A stretch of 63,443 nt of DNA, filler included, from Asterionella formosa (taxonomy: Eukaryota), in NCBI GenBank assembly GCA_002256025.1. It is 21 parts of 21 records of this genome, joined end to end, with 100 filler letters (N's around TTAATTAATTAA, not from the genome) between each part and the next. Parts side by side here need not be neighbours in the genome. Positions count along the whole stretch, not along the records: positions 31,147 to 50,472 come from NKIB01003725.1; positions 50,573 to 51,771 come from NKIB01003726.1; 19 more parts are not named here. One strand, 5' to 3'. How positions within the stretch are numbered: the stretch's first letter is position 1; each line of letters begins with the position of its first letter. The notes beneath the pieces are model-generated. The model made no database searches. It saw nothing but the letters and a program-made list of their open reading frames with translations, and had not been told where the DNA came from. The position numbers and the translations under genes are program-made. Shown one piece after another: positions 38,801-51,088 of this stretch.

Positions 38801-39969
38801 TAAAATCTGTACTTAGCAATTTGGGAACGAAACCAACTAAGTACAATAACATGCAGAAGTTGAAATTGTGGAGTAGGCAACTTGATTCATCTTTTGCGGT
38901 TTCGATGAGGACCAGTTTGAAACCATTTTGTTGATTATTCTTGCGTGCTTAATTTTGTTTGCATTAGAATTGTTTTTAGTGACTCTATATACTTTTCGAG
39001 CAATTGCTCAATCATAACGTCTTGTGGAAGTGCATCGCTGAACGAATCACTCACCCTTTGGTGAGGTATTATGTGACTGAGAAGCATCAGTCAAATTAGG
39101 ACGGTCTTCGTTCTGCGAAAGATATGAACGGGTATACTTGCATCGAATTAGAAGTGCGCAAAGGTCATGGAAATACTTTATGGTTTTGCCACTCGTTTCG
39201 CAAGTCGAGGACGATCTGTTGTCACGGTCACAGTAGGTGTTAGTAGGAGTGCACATGTCATCATTTGTTAATGCGGGTTGTTCATTGACCAGCCTATAAG
39301 GTCATGCGGCATTATGCAACATGAAGTAGAGGGTGGACAGTGAACTATCTCGGCACAATTTACCATGTCGGAGCATGGAGGATCACGAAATAACATATAG
39401 AGTACCCCAGAAAGGAATACCAGATATTTTCACACTGGCTTCGTCTTTTCGAATGATACACTAATCTTAGGTGACACCATTGTATAGCACTTGATGAATA
39501 CTCTGAACTGCAGACGGAAAGTGTGAAGGTCCTCTGTGATGCAGAGATACAGGCCCAGCCATGCATCACAGTAATTATCATACTTCACAATGATAGTTAG
39601 CGAGGAGTCTTGATGCAACCGTTGCTCAAGTGCGACATTTCCATTTATTCTCGTCCTGTCCTCTACGTTCACGAATGCCCAATCAAAAGACGACCGCAGA
39701 GACATAAACTAACAAGATGGTAAAAAACTTAAAATGTAGAGGAGGATTTTGCATTCTAGCCGAAGGGCTATAGCAACAAGAACACCTAATACACGTTTTC
39801 TGGTTTTACTTCCCCTTAATACTAGGATCCTACAAACTTTCCAGTCACCTACTGCGCACATGTATACACGATAAGCTCCTGTTAGATGCAATAGTAATAT
39901 GGGACATTCCTTCAATCCTACTTTTTAAAAATAAAGTTAATCTGATTCTGGACAGAGATCAGATCGAGC

Positions 39970-41456
39970 TTAACCTTGATAGTGCCCGTTAAATAGGCTT
40001 CGAATATTGTCATCTACTCTGGAGTGATCTCCATCATACTGCTGCTGCTGATCGTATGCACTATAGCGATGGCCTCCAATGTATGGGTTAACACCATGAT
40101 TACTTTGGTATCCGGAATAAGCATTCAAAGGAGCATCAGGAATTGCGGAGGATGGGGTTCCAGCTCCGTGTGAGCCTCCGTATCCCAAATTCGATGGTTG
40201 TGAAGATAGGTGATCACGCTGGAACCACTGCATAGCTGAGATATTCTGTTGATGTTGTAATGATGAAAGTAGGGAGCGATCTGAAGGATGATGAAATTTA
40301 ATGTATTAGTTTTGCCACTTGTATGGCACCGCACCGTCGGGGCATTCAATTTAAGCGATGCAGAATTCATGGTGAATCAAACAAGGAAAACTTACCCATA
40401 ATGTTTGGCATCGATGCTGACGCTCCCGAAAGGCCGCTCTGGTACATTGATAAAGAATTTGTTTCATTCAGGCTGTGTTGAAGGCCAGCATATGCAGCTG
40501 AATTCTGTGACTCCTGTTGCCCATGTTCATAATTTTCGTATGCGTGATCATAGAAATTGATTCCCCTGCCGCGTGTACCTCGTTCAGATCCATGGTGTTC
40601 GTGAAACAATGTAGAAGGGTGTGAAAGACCCCCCAGCGCTGCAGATTCGATTTCTCGCTGGCGTACAATACGAACAGAATCTCCTTCCATGGCCTGTTTC
40701 TTGTGAAGTTCTATAGTTTTGAGGGCGATATCTTCTCTTGCCAGACGAGCATTTGTCTTTTCTGTTTCGGCGTTTTCGCGCCACTTACCCATAGCAGACT
40801 TGTATTTTTGACGGAGTTTGAACTCCGTGTCAATGTGCATTTGACGCACCTCCTCTGGAGCATCTCGCCACATCCGGGACAAGAGTCTGGAGGCCTCTGC
40901 GTTGGTCACCGTTGGGTTTTCACGCTTGACTAACGCTCGCTTGCTGTTTGAGAAAGACAAAAAGGCGGACATTGGTCGCTTTGGAGCATTGGGGTCCTTT
41001 GGACTCCTCTTGGCTGCAGCGACTTTCCATGGTCCGCTGTAAGTTTGCTTTTCTACAAGATATCGTTCTTTATCGCGAAGAGCCTTCTGTTCCCAAATCT
41101 CGCGGTCCTCCGGTACGAGGCCCTTCCATGCCTCCGATACCATCTTGGCGACATTGGTAGTCTAATCGGGAGAAAAAGAAGCCAATCCAGTTAGCCCGCC
41201 ATGAAGTGAACTGTGTTTCGTCAACATTTGTACAAAGCTAGCTCACCTTTTCTTTGGCGCCATCTAGCCCAAGGCCTTGACGAATTTCCTTATGTTTTTC
41301 TGTAGAGAAGAAGATGAAGGCAGACTTGAAGCGGCGAGGCGCTCCTGGCGCCTTTTTGTATTTCGCAGTGGCCTTAGCCGCACCAACTGCCGCCTTTGGC
41401 GTGACTGTTGTGGGTTTCGGGGTCTCAAGATAATCCATGTTTCGCGAGTCATTCAT
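39970..41456 (-). CDS. Double HMG-box protein, 3 exons
   Basis: Exons 41247-41456, 40396-41161 and 39970-40280. Boxes are KAPGAPRRFKSAFIFFS...AKMVSEAWKGL and KDPNAPKRPMSAFLSFS...LSRMWR, followed by a low-complexity S/G/Q/H tail. Confidence 0.92.
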
Positions 41457-43399
41457 CGTAGCATCTTTACAAATGAGAGTGTCAAGGGCGGTAGGACAGT
41501 GAGAATGGCGACTATCAAAAGGAATCGCATTGTTGTGAGATACAAGACAGAAGGAATGTGTTCAGCGCTGTGCACACCTCTCAGATTCGTCACCGACGAG
41601 AAACGCTGAGGACGACTTCATCATTCAAACCCACCAGATATCTCCGGCTTGAATTTCCAGATCCACGACTTTGACAAAATGATTCACTTACCTCTGCGCA
41701 AAATGAGACGAGCTGATTCTCACGGGAGGACGACAAAAAGTATTTTTTTTCTGGCAGTATAACAATATAAAAATGTGTGAGAAAAACTGCCAGATATATA
41801 CCGGTAGTAAAAAGCGTTTCGTTCGAGGGGTTATTTACTCACAAAGGCATCAATGGGTGGTTTGATCAGACCAAAACATCGGCCTTTCTGAAGAACCACG
41901 GCCATCTGATATTCTTTTGATAGAAAATGTCTTCGGAGTACGACCTAGCGTTCCCGTCTGATGTTGAGAGGAAATCACAGTTTTACGTAAGCTTCTCGTA
42001 GAATAGTCCAACGGGTTTAGGGTGTGTTCATCCACGGCACTGTATGCAGGCATACAGGTCAATGCTTGCAACGACGAAAATTACCAGGACTTTCTGACAC
42101 ACCGTACCTCTAAGTATGTACAGTACCAGTATACAGATCATCGTATGAACATATTTGTCATGTGGAAAAAGAACACATGAATCCAAGATCCGGTACCGTT
42201 TTTTTGAGTCTCGCCCACCCCCAAGTGATGTACGTACCTGCGACATGACCTCCTTACCGATCTACTAATTTGTCTTTTATTTCATTGTTTCACTTGGACT
42301 TATTGCGAACTTCACAAGAATTCTCGTTTTGCTGTTGTTCAACGAACCCCTTGACATGAAATAATGATCATACAGAGAAACATATTTTGTGTTGCGGATG
42401 CACTAAATTTGAAAAGTGTCCTTCAAGCAAGAATGGTTCTATTATTGACGGTACCCCCCCCCCCCGGTAGTTAGACAAACTACGAACAATACATGATTGC
42501 TGAATTGGTCATAGAAATCGTGAAAACAATAGCCGGCATGGCGTGATCACAATTGATTTTCCCCCGTGATGTCGGTGAATGTGGACTACTTTATTACATG
42601 GCTGTGCTCATAAAGAATGCTCAATCTATGGAAGCAACGCACCACTTTCCATTTGCCATACCGGTAAATGCATCCAAATACAGGTATTCATAGAAGTGGG
42701 GCGGTGGCCATTACATCCAATGTCATGGACTAGTTTTGAAGTGCGTTGATGCCGTATTGTACTCCGGAGTACCAGGTAGTAGTATTTGTGCCGGTAGTAG
42801 TAGTGGTAGCATAGTATGGAGTATGGAGTACCTAGTACCCCGTACCAGGTAGTGCTGGTACCAGGGTACCGGTAGTCGAGTACCGTACCTGGTATTTCNN
42901 NNNNNNNNNNNNNNNNNNNNNNNNNNNNNNNNNNNNNNNNNNNNNNNNNNNNNNNNNNNNNNNNNNNNNNNNNNNNNNNNNNNNNNNNNNNNNNNNNNNN
43001 NNNNNNNNNNNNNNNNNNNNNNNNNNNNNNNNNNNNNNNNNNNNNNNNNNNNNNNNNNNNNNNNNNNNNNNNNNNNNNNNNNNNNNNNNNNNNNNNNNNN
43101 NNNNNNNNNNNNNNNNNNNNNNNNNNNNNNNNNNNNNNNNNNNNNNNNNNNNNNNNNNNNNNNNNNNNNNNNNNNNNNNNNNNNNNNNNNNNNNNNNNNN
43201 NNNNNNNNNNNNNNNNNNNNNNNNNNNNNNNNNNNNNNNNNNNNNNNNNNNNNNNNNNNNNNNNNNNNNNNNNNNNNNNNNNNNNNNNNNNNNNNNNNNN
43301 NNNNNNNNNNNNNNNNNNNNNNNNNNNNNNNNNNNNNNNNNNNNNNNNNNNNNCGCTAAAATTCCATAAATTGTCACACTAAATTGAACATCTGAGTCC

Positions 43400-45304
43400 A
43401 TGACCATGAAGCGTATAACTCCGTCCATTCTCGGCATGTTGGCTTGCCATTGCATCGTAAATGGTGTAACAACACAGGATGCCAAATTTGGCCAAGAATA
43501 TGATGCAATATGCTCGCTGTACCTCGCTGAGACTGTCGATGACCGTGGTGCCCCAACCATGGGTGTATTTACGTCGAAGCCTCTTCCTGTTGGACAACTA
43601 ATTGGTTTTCCTGATATTGTTATTCCTCTTATTGACATTCCTCTCCATAATTCTCCTACTCATGAAAACGAGCAGGAGTTTTGGTGGCTATGGAATGACC
43701 TTGTTTGGGATCCAGCCGATGTTGGGGGAGCTCATGAAGGTATGGACGTAAAATCGGCTGCGGTTGGCCTCGGTTCGCTCACCAGAGGTGACCCTAAAAA
43801 AGCAAATGCAATCATGTTACAATCGCAATTCGATAATTCTGGTTTTGATCGCACTCGAGATCCAGGAGCAGGTGCTATCTCCTATTACCACGATGCGAAA
43901 ATGATCTCCATTGACAGTGTTGAGGCAGGCTCTGAGCTTTTCTTTCATCAGGGATTCCACTGGTACCTTGACCCTCATGATCAAGAGAGCGCCCTTCTAG
44001 AGACACTTCCTATTGAAGAACCTCATGTACAAGACTTTTGGGCTCGTCACGCAGAACTCGGTCAAAAGAACGAGGACGCCCTTACTGGCGAACTTCGCAC
44101 GAAACTATGGGACCTGCTTCGGGAATTTCCGCTCGAGGGCAAAGCGAAGCGCCTTCTTCCTGGCTCTTGGACAGATTCTTATGGTTTAGATAATAAGAAA
44201 ACTATAAATGGAAAGCGCACACCAGAGTGGCTGGCTGAGAACGGTATTTGCCTCGACCACCTTCGTCAAGGACCCAGTGATATTCCTCAAGCTGGGCGAG
44301 GTGCGTTCGCAACTAGACCACTCCCTGTCGGAACTGTAATCTCTCCCGCTCCACTTGTGCATGTTTTGGACAAGAAATCATTAAATATGTACGCACCTCA
44401 TGTCGATGAAAACTTCATGTACACAATGAGTGACGAAGTCATCAACAAGCAGCTGTTGATAAACTATTGTTTTGGTCATCCTGAATCAACAAAGCTCTTA
44501 TGTCCTATTGGAACTGGAACTGCATTTGTCAACCATTCACCAGCTCCGAATGCTGCAATTCGTTGGTCCACCCACAAGTCATCAGCTCTTCACAACGAAG
44601 AGTGGCTCAACATGACAGTCGAACAAATGGGAACAAAAATGGATATTGGCTTGATGATTGAGTATTACGCTCTTCGGGACATTAATCCCGACGAGGAAAT
44701 CACCATTAATTATGGCCTTGATTGGGTAAAATCATGGGATCAACATGTTGCAGAGTGGCTACCACCTGCAACAGAGGAGGATTATATATCAGCTGTAAGC
44801 ATGAATGATGATCTTGACAACTGGTTGATTAAAACAGTTGCCGAACAACAAGAAATCCCTTACCCAACTTCTGTTCTTACTAGTTGTGTGTACGACCACA
44901 TCGGCGCAGATGGCGTCCATGATGAATCTGGTGTCTATGCCGATCCGGCTGAATTTGATGTTATTGTCAAGAGATGGGAACCCTTGGACGAGGACAAGCT
45001 TGACTTCATGTTCCTACGTCCTTGCGTTATCTTGTCTCGCCACGCAGTAAATGACGAAAAAGTTCATAAGGAAGACGAAGTCATTTATGAGTACGTAGTC
45101 CAAATTCTCAACAACGATCAGATTCACGATGAGCAACAAATTCCTGATTATGAAGTGTTGATCGTTGAAGGCTTTCCTCGTTACTCCATCAGCTTCACCG
45201 ATTTTGCGTATTCTTCAGACATGCACTTGCGGAATTCGTTCCGTAAGGAAATGACCATGCCCGATGGTATTTTTCCCAACTCTTGGCGCAACCTGAAACG
45301 GTAG
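43400..45304 (+). CDS. Signal-peptide-bearing tandem SET-domain protein (diatom-expanded type), 634 aa
   Basis: Hydrophobic N-terminus MKRITPSILGMLACHCIVNG. The second SET reads AGRGAFATRPLPVGTVI...QLLINYCFGH...FVNHSPAPNA...ALRDINPDEEITINYG. A degenerate first SET runs from CSLYLAE to VEAGSELFF. Confidence 0.85.
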   Translation: MTMKRITPSILGMLACHCIVNGVTTQDAKFGQEYDAICSLYLAETVDDRGAPTMGVFTSKPLPVGQLIGFPDIVIPLIDIPLHNSPTHENEQEFWWLWNDLVWDPADVGGAHEGMDVKSAAVGLGSLTRGDPKKANAIMLQSQFDNSGFDRTRDPGAGAISYYHDAKMISIDSVEAGSELFFHQGFHWYLDPHDQESALLETLPIEEPHVQDFWARHAELGQKNEDALTGELRTKLWDLLREFPLEGKAKRLLPGSWTDSYGLDNKKTINGKRTPEWLAENGICLDHLRQGPSDIPQAGRGAFATRPLPVGTVISPAPLVHVLDKKSLNMYAPHVDENFMYTMSDEVINKQLLINYCFGHPESTKLLCPIGTGTAFVNHSPAPNAAIRWSTHKSSALHNEEWLNMTVEQMGTKMDIGLMIEYYALRDINPDEEITINYGLDWVKSWDQHVAEWLPPATEEDYISAVSMNDDLDNWLIKTVAEQQEIPYPTSVLTSCVYDHIGADGVHDESGVYADPAEFDVIVKRWEPLDEDKLDFMFLRPCVILSRHAVNDEKVHKEDEVIYEYVVQILNNDQIHDEQQIPDYEVLIVEGFPRYSISFTDFAYSSDMHLRNSFRKEMTMPDGIFPNSWRNLKR

Positions 45305-45573
45305 GAACCTCGCAATTTATCACTCATTCACGGTGTAAATTTTTTTGGGATTTGGATGTTGAGAAAAGCAGTTTGGCCTTGCTTTCCCCTTCTAAATCCT
45401 TTCTCATTAGCAACAAGCAGTATCATATGCATAATTTATCTTCTACTGTATTCATGACATAGTTCGTTCGCCGCCTTACCATCCAAATCTGACTGGTTCA
45501 GATCTATGCCTTGGTGAGCAACTAAAAACCATAAATGATGGAGTGACATCTTATTTTAATGAAGTTTAAATAT

Positions 45574-47521
45574 TCAGTTGGCATTTGACGTGTGCCTGTG
45601 CGTGATTATCATAGGCAGCCCGTTTCGGGTATGAATGGTGGCACCCGTTCTCATACCCACCGGATGGCTAAGGTTTTCCGGACTCCCGCCGAATCCGTGG
45701 TTGTTGGTATCCTTAGATGCGTCAAACTCAAAATCAAATCGACGCAGGAGCATTGCCAGGGTTACTGTAGCTTCCAGGGTGGCAAACTCGTCACCAACGC
45801 ACTTCCTAGCCCCGCCTCCAAATGGTAGGTAGGCAAAATCAGCCGAAATTTCATTGGGATAAAGCTTGCCCTCCCACTTAGCGGGGTCAAACCCTGCCCA
45901 GTCGGGCACATCAGGGTTCTTGTATGATCTAGTGAATCGAAGAGGATCAAACTTATTGGGTTCCGGCCAAAATCGTTCGTCACGATGAATGTTGTACAAT
46001 GAAAGAAAAATATCCATTCCTCGAATAACAGTCGCTTCTCGTCCTCCTCCCTTGGGAAGCGTGTCTTCGGTACGGCAACGTCGAATAAGGAGTGGAGGCT
46101 CTGGGTACATGCGCAAGGACTCGGCCACGACCAACCTCACATACGGTAAATTCGTAATATCTTCGTATGTTGGGGTCCGATCCCCCAGTACACGGTCAAT
46201 CTCTTCTTTCGCTGTCTTCATGCATTCTGGGTTGCGCGTCAGTTCGAAGAGAGCCCACGTGAGGACAGCCGCCGTGGTTTCGTGGCCAGCAATCAACATG
46301 GTCATTAAGTCATCACGGAGTTGCTTGTTGTCAATGTCGGCTCCGCGCATGTCCACCAAGAATCGAAGTAGGGAGGGGTCTTTGACTTCGTTATAATTTC
46401 GTTTTTCTAATTCCTCAATGTCTTCGATACAACGGGTGGCCTTGGCAAGGTCGATTAATTCGTCCAAGACGTCATTCAAGAGTTTGAGATCAGAATTGAA
46501 TTTGCGGAGACGGGGCACAACTTGATTTGCGAGAGGAATGTCCCAATACGGTGCTGGTGTCATGGAGCGGTGTTCGGCTTCTAACAAGGCCGAGTAGACT
46601 GCCTTGATTACGGGACTTTCCTTGGTGACGGACCCGAAGTCATAATTAAAAACCGATTTTCCGATAATGTCCAAGGCGACGGAACAGAACTTTTCTTCCA
46701 TTTCAACTTGACCCGTAGGACTATCGGCAAGTTTATTCAAGGAGGCGATGAGAGGAAGATTACAATGTCCAAAAAGGCCGACCATATGGTCCAACCACGC
46801 CTTGTGAAAAGCGGGAACAATTTGGCGTCGTCGGACTGACCATGTTTCTGGGTCGGCAGGAATGAGGCCCTTGCCCATGATTGGTTCTAGAATTTCAGCC
46901 AGAATTCCCTGAAAGCAAGTTATTGTCGTCAGACTATAGAACCTCGAATGCATCTCACATCACAAGATAAAGCGTAGATATACTCACCTTGTCATAGTTG
47001 GTATTGGCATCACGCAATACATGCTTGGCCTGGACTGGATCCGAAATAACGAGAAAAGATTTCGGTCCAAAACACAATTTATAGGGTGACCCATAATTGT
47101 TCTGATATCTCTGCAATCCAATAAACATGGTTCCATCAGCAATATCGTTCAAAGCACCTTCCGCCAAGGGGCATCCGTCCAAAGAAGGGTACCCTCCGTA
47201 GATTTGTTCAATGTTGGTGCGCAGGACATTGGCTGAGTCGCCAAAGATGATAGTCTGTCCAGGTTGGCCTAGTTTCATAATGTCAAGATTCCATACCAGT
47301 TCCCACCACCAAGGGAGTCCCTCAGCGTCGGGATTGACCGAAGTAGAATCTCCATTGACGACGTTACGTACTTCTGTTTTGGTGTCTTCTTCTTGTTGAA
47401 CTGCAAAGAGAGGGGAATTGGTTGATGGCGTAGCGAAGGCTGGGTTCCTTCCGGCCGGGGAAAATGCAACCGACTTGGATGACAACAAAAGAATAGACAA
47501 GGCAACAGTTGAGAATTTCAT
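45574..47521 (-). CDS. CYP97: Plastid-targeted cytochrome P450 of the CYP97 family (carotenoid ring hydroxylase-like), 2 exons
   Basis: Presequence [22 protein letters not shown]. Intron at 46909-46987. Motifs [46 protein letters not shown], heme [10 protein letters not shown] and TGATIHT. Confidence 0.95.
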
Positions 47522-48421
47522 GGTGTGTAAATCAATTGTAACCGAGATGATGCAATTGAATTGAAAAGAAGAGTCCAATTGGATTTTTATGCCAGTAATT
47601 ATTCCATTGTTCNNNNNNNNNNNNNNNNNNNNNNNNNNNNNNNNNNNNNNNNNNNNNNNNNNNNNNNNNNNNNNNNNNNNNNNNNNNNNNNNNNNNNNNN
47701 NNNNNNNNNNNNNNNNNNNNNNNNNNNNNNNNNNNNNNNNNNNNNNNNNNNNNNNNNNNNNNNNNNNNNNNNNNNNNNNNNNNNNNNNNNNNNNNNNNNN
47801 NNNNNNNNNNNNNNNNNNNNNNNNNNNNNNNNNNNNNNNNNNNNNNNNNNNNNNNNNNNNNNNNNNNNNNNNNNNNNNNNNNNNNNNNNNNNNNNNNNNN
47901 NNNNNNNNNNNNNNNNNNNNNNNNNNNNNNNNNNNNNNNNNNNNNNNNNNNNNNNNNNNNNNNNNNNNNNNNNNNNNNNNNNNNNNNNNNNNNNNNNNNN
48001 NNNNNNNNNNNNNNNNNNNNNNNNNNNNNNNNNNNNNNNNNNNNNNNNNNNNNGCATGTCGCCGGCATGTATCGTACGTTGCGCGTGCGGAATACCATTC
48101 GCAGATATCAACAGAGCAGGCTTTTGCTTGCTGTGTGCGTTCACTTACACCTGGCGAAGAAAGATTGAGGACCGCGGACCTCGCTGTCAATGAAATGGAT
48201 TCTCAACTGCCATCATCGTTCCTCTTCGCTGCTTGTTTCATTCAACCAATCACAGCAGCGAAACATCCAAGCATACTACCGGTATAGTACCGGTATGAAT
48301 TAGTTATCCTGCGCTTGAATTGATATTGATCCCCCTTGCGTTGCTGTCTAGAATTCTTCTGCCGTCGTCAAGCTACACCATCTTGCCCTACTTATTCGAC
48401 AGAAACAGAACTAAGTACATT

Positions 48422-48580
48422 ATGGGAGCCTACGCCGCGATTCAAAGCCTACCAGGTTACATCAAGTACACTATTCTGATTTTGCTTGCTTTGCAGCTGT
48501 CCGTTTTTGCTGTGTGGATGTACATGCTCAGGGGGGAAGTTGCCATTGACAGAAAAAGGAAGCTAGTCAAGGTGGATTAA
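48422..48580 (+). CDS. Putative 52-aa single-pass membrane micro-protein
   Basis: MGAYAAIQSLPGYIKYTILILLALQLSVFAVWMYMLRGEVAIDRKRKLVKVD has one clear hydrophobic helix and a basic C-terminal tail. Confidence 0.5.
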   Translation: MGAYAAIQSLPGYIKYTILILLALQLSVFAVWMYMLRGEVAIDRKRKLVKVD

Positions 48581-48850
48581 CGTTCAAGGTTGTGTGTGGA
48601 GTCAATACAAAATGCATGGGCTACAATTCTTTGTTCGTGAGGTGATGCGAAAATTATTCATTGTAGCGCCGACTTGATGCGCTTTAAGAATGTGCTCAAA
48701 TACATTCAGGCCAGTCAACGTAAATGACCAAGTTCCAAATGCCAAAAATCAAATCTAGTGATCAACGCAACAATAAATTTAAATATGAAGATCCGGCATA
48801 CCATTTCTTCATAGGTTGCACCTCATGTATGGATGCAAATATGGCGAGAT

Positions 48851-50404
48851 TCAATCAATTTGTTCCCCTGTCACCACATCCTTCACTATCGCATTAGACT
48901 TAGTGTACATGTGCCCCAACGCAATTTGCGCGATTCTTGCATCCTTACTGCCCAATTCCAAAATTTTACTCTGAATGTACAACATTCCATTGGTGTTGGA
49001 CTTGCTAGCACTCATGTGCTTCAAAAGCTGCGATGCCAAAATGGGTGCCTCGTTGCGTCCCACTCTCGTGGTGAGTGCAGGAACAATCCCACGCCAAATG
49101 CCCTTGTGCATTCCAAGTCTTGCAGACATTGTGGTTGGATCTAACTCCAATAGCGGCACAATCACATCCAAGGCCCGATCGCGCAGATCGGTATCCACAG
49201 TGGCATCATAGCTCATTAGTAATTTCAGTGTTGGCACCCGACTGACAATGTTGTGAATGGGATTGACATAATCTAGCGCATCGGGGCCCAAGCGGGGAAT
49301 AAAAAGAAGTTCCACCAAACGGGAGAGGACGCGATCAGGAATTTGCAGTAAGATGCTGCGCATCGAGGGCAATTGATTTGCGCTTTCCAACCCAGTGACT
49401 TGTTCTAGAAACTCCTTCAGCAAGTCCATCGCCACAATCACGTGTTGGCGAGGTGATTTAGAATCACACAGTAAACTGGATAGACCATGAAAAATACTCC
49501 ATAGAGGGACCAAGTGTGCTTGTGCCACTTCCAACACCGTATCTTTGGAAACGTCGATACGATCCTCCTTAACATCCAAGCGCTTCGCCAACCAAAGTCC
49601 ACCCCAACCTAAGCCCTGCATCGCAATGCCATAAGTTTGTGAGTTCGTTGGAAACATGTCCCTTTCGTCCAACGATTGCAAATCAAGAAACAGCTTGTCA
49701 CACGTTAGCCGTTGGCCAGTCACGTCCAAATATGGAGCAAGATTGGCGAGGCATTGCAAGGCACTGAGACTCAAACTCGAGGTTTCCTCAATAGACAGCC
49801 CCATATGTTTCTCGTACAAGCACCCACACAGAAGGTACAAGATGTCGTTTTTGTGGGCTAGTAGTCGAAGATTGGCGGCAACGAAGGAGAGATTTCTAAG
49901 AATCACCATCACAACATCTAAAGTTCTGTTCGATTGTTGAAGTCGATCTGAGCAGCAGGTGGCCCACGCGAGGGCTTCCCTAGAAGGCGGCTTTTCCCAT
50001 ATTGTTTCTGGCTTGAAGCTGGGATTCAACGACTCCACGGGTCGGCTACCGAGAGCCTCAAATGCGATCTCTACAAGGGCATCGACAACCAATTGACCGT
50101 CTTGTTCGCTTCCCAAAGTATAGTTGATTTCATGCGAAGCCGTCGTTGTCAACAGGGCATTGAGAGTATTGGTTTGAGTTTTTTGGTTAGATAACTGAGC
50201 GGCTACATCAGAAGCGCCAGCAAGTGAATGCCTCTTTGTTTTGATCGGTGGCCGCGAACTACTGGACCGTTCCCTGGCGTTGGAAGGGGGAACTGGCGAG
50301 TTCGAATTGGGACGTTCTCGCTTGCGACTTTGTTCCGCAACTGGTGCTGCTGCAGTTGATTCTTCCATCATCCATGGGGCGTGTTCTTGGTACCGGTACT
50401 CCAT
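48851..50404 (-). CDS. Armadillo-fold SWI/SNF subunit-like protein (BAF250_C / plant LFR-like); 5' end may be incomplete
   Basis: 517-aa ORF with QTNTLNALL and VILRNLSFVAANLRLLA, resembling the ILRNLSF..N...LA motif of ARID1/Swi1/LFR. The scaffold ends 68 nt upstream. Confidence 0.65.
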   Translation of the reverse strand: MEYRYQEHAPWMMEESTAAAPVAEQSRKRERPNSNSPVPPSNARERSSSSRPPIKTKRHSLAGASDVAAQLSNQKTQTNTLNALLTTTASHEINYTLGSEQDGQLVVDALVEIAFEALGSRPVESLNPSFKPETIWEKPPSREALAWATCCSDRLQQSNRTLDVVMVILRNLSFVAANLRLLAHKNDILYLLCGCLYEKHMGLSIEETSSLSLSALQCLANLAPYLDVTGQRLTCDKLFLDLQSLDERDMFPTNSQTYGIAMQGLGWGGLWLAKRLDVKEDRIDVSKDTVLEVAQAHLVPLWSIFHGLSSLLCDSKSPRQHVIVAMDLLKEFLEQVTGLESANQLPSMRSILLQIPDRVLSRLVELLFIPRLGPDALDYVNPIHNIVSRVPTLKLLMSYDATVDTDLRDRALDVIVPLLELDPTTMSARLGMHKGIWRGIVPALTTRVGRNEAPILASQLLKHMSASKSNTNGMLYIQSKILELGSKDARIAQIALGHMYTKSNAIVKDVVTGEQID

Positions 50405-51088
50405 ACTGAGAGAGAGGTTATTTTTATTGTCGTGGTCTGTGAAAATGGGTACATTTATTCCTATCGTGTAGTNNNNNNNNNNNNNNNNNNNNNNNNNNNN
50501 NNNNNNNNNNNNNNNNTTAATTAATTAANNNNNNNNNNNNNNNNNNNNNNNNNNNNNNNNNNNNNNNNNNNNAAGGATAATGAGGTCACGAAGGGTAGAC
50601 TTCTTATTCTCCAGAAGGATCATGTCAAACCGGTACCCAAACCTGTGCCTCCAACAAAGCACACCAACAAGCTGAATTCGCAAAGCCAAGACGAAGATAG
50701 TTCCAATGTCTCCGAGGATGGTCCTTCTTTGGAATTTCTCAAATATGTTGAAACCTCGTCTTCTGCTGTGTCCTCAACTAGTTGTGAAACCTCTACTGGT
50801 GGTGAAAGATCGGATTCCAAGTTAGATGAGGAGGACCAGTCCAAAGTGATTGATTCTGACTATGAATCTGCATTTTGAGTAAATGAGTGAATGTTTAGCA
50901 TCTCCTACTACCTTACTAATGAATCAAGGAGATTAATGATTTCTAAAAAAATTGATAATTATATGTTACCTTACTTCCCTTTTATGTTGGTTTTGTAGTA
51001 ATAATAATCGTTTCCACATCTTCAACTACAAATTTTTTCTTTACATTTCTTTCATAGATTGCTTTATGCAATCGCATCATCCAGAAAA

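Noticed and set aside
14354..46396. Antisense and alternate-frame ORFs overlapping RCC1, PHD, MIOS, HMG and CYP97 genes
   Set aside because: Shadows of real coding sequence with no independent motifs.
42832..48287. Long ORFs containing X runs
   Set aside because: Artefacts of reading through the internal gaps at 42899-43353 and 47613-48053.
31147..50472. Functional gene cluster (HMG, SET, LFR-like, MIOS, CYP97)
   Set aside because: Predicted compartments and functions are unrelated. This is ordinary compact diatom gene order.
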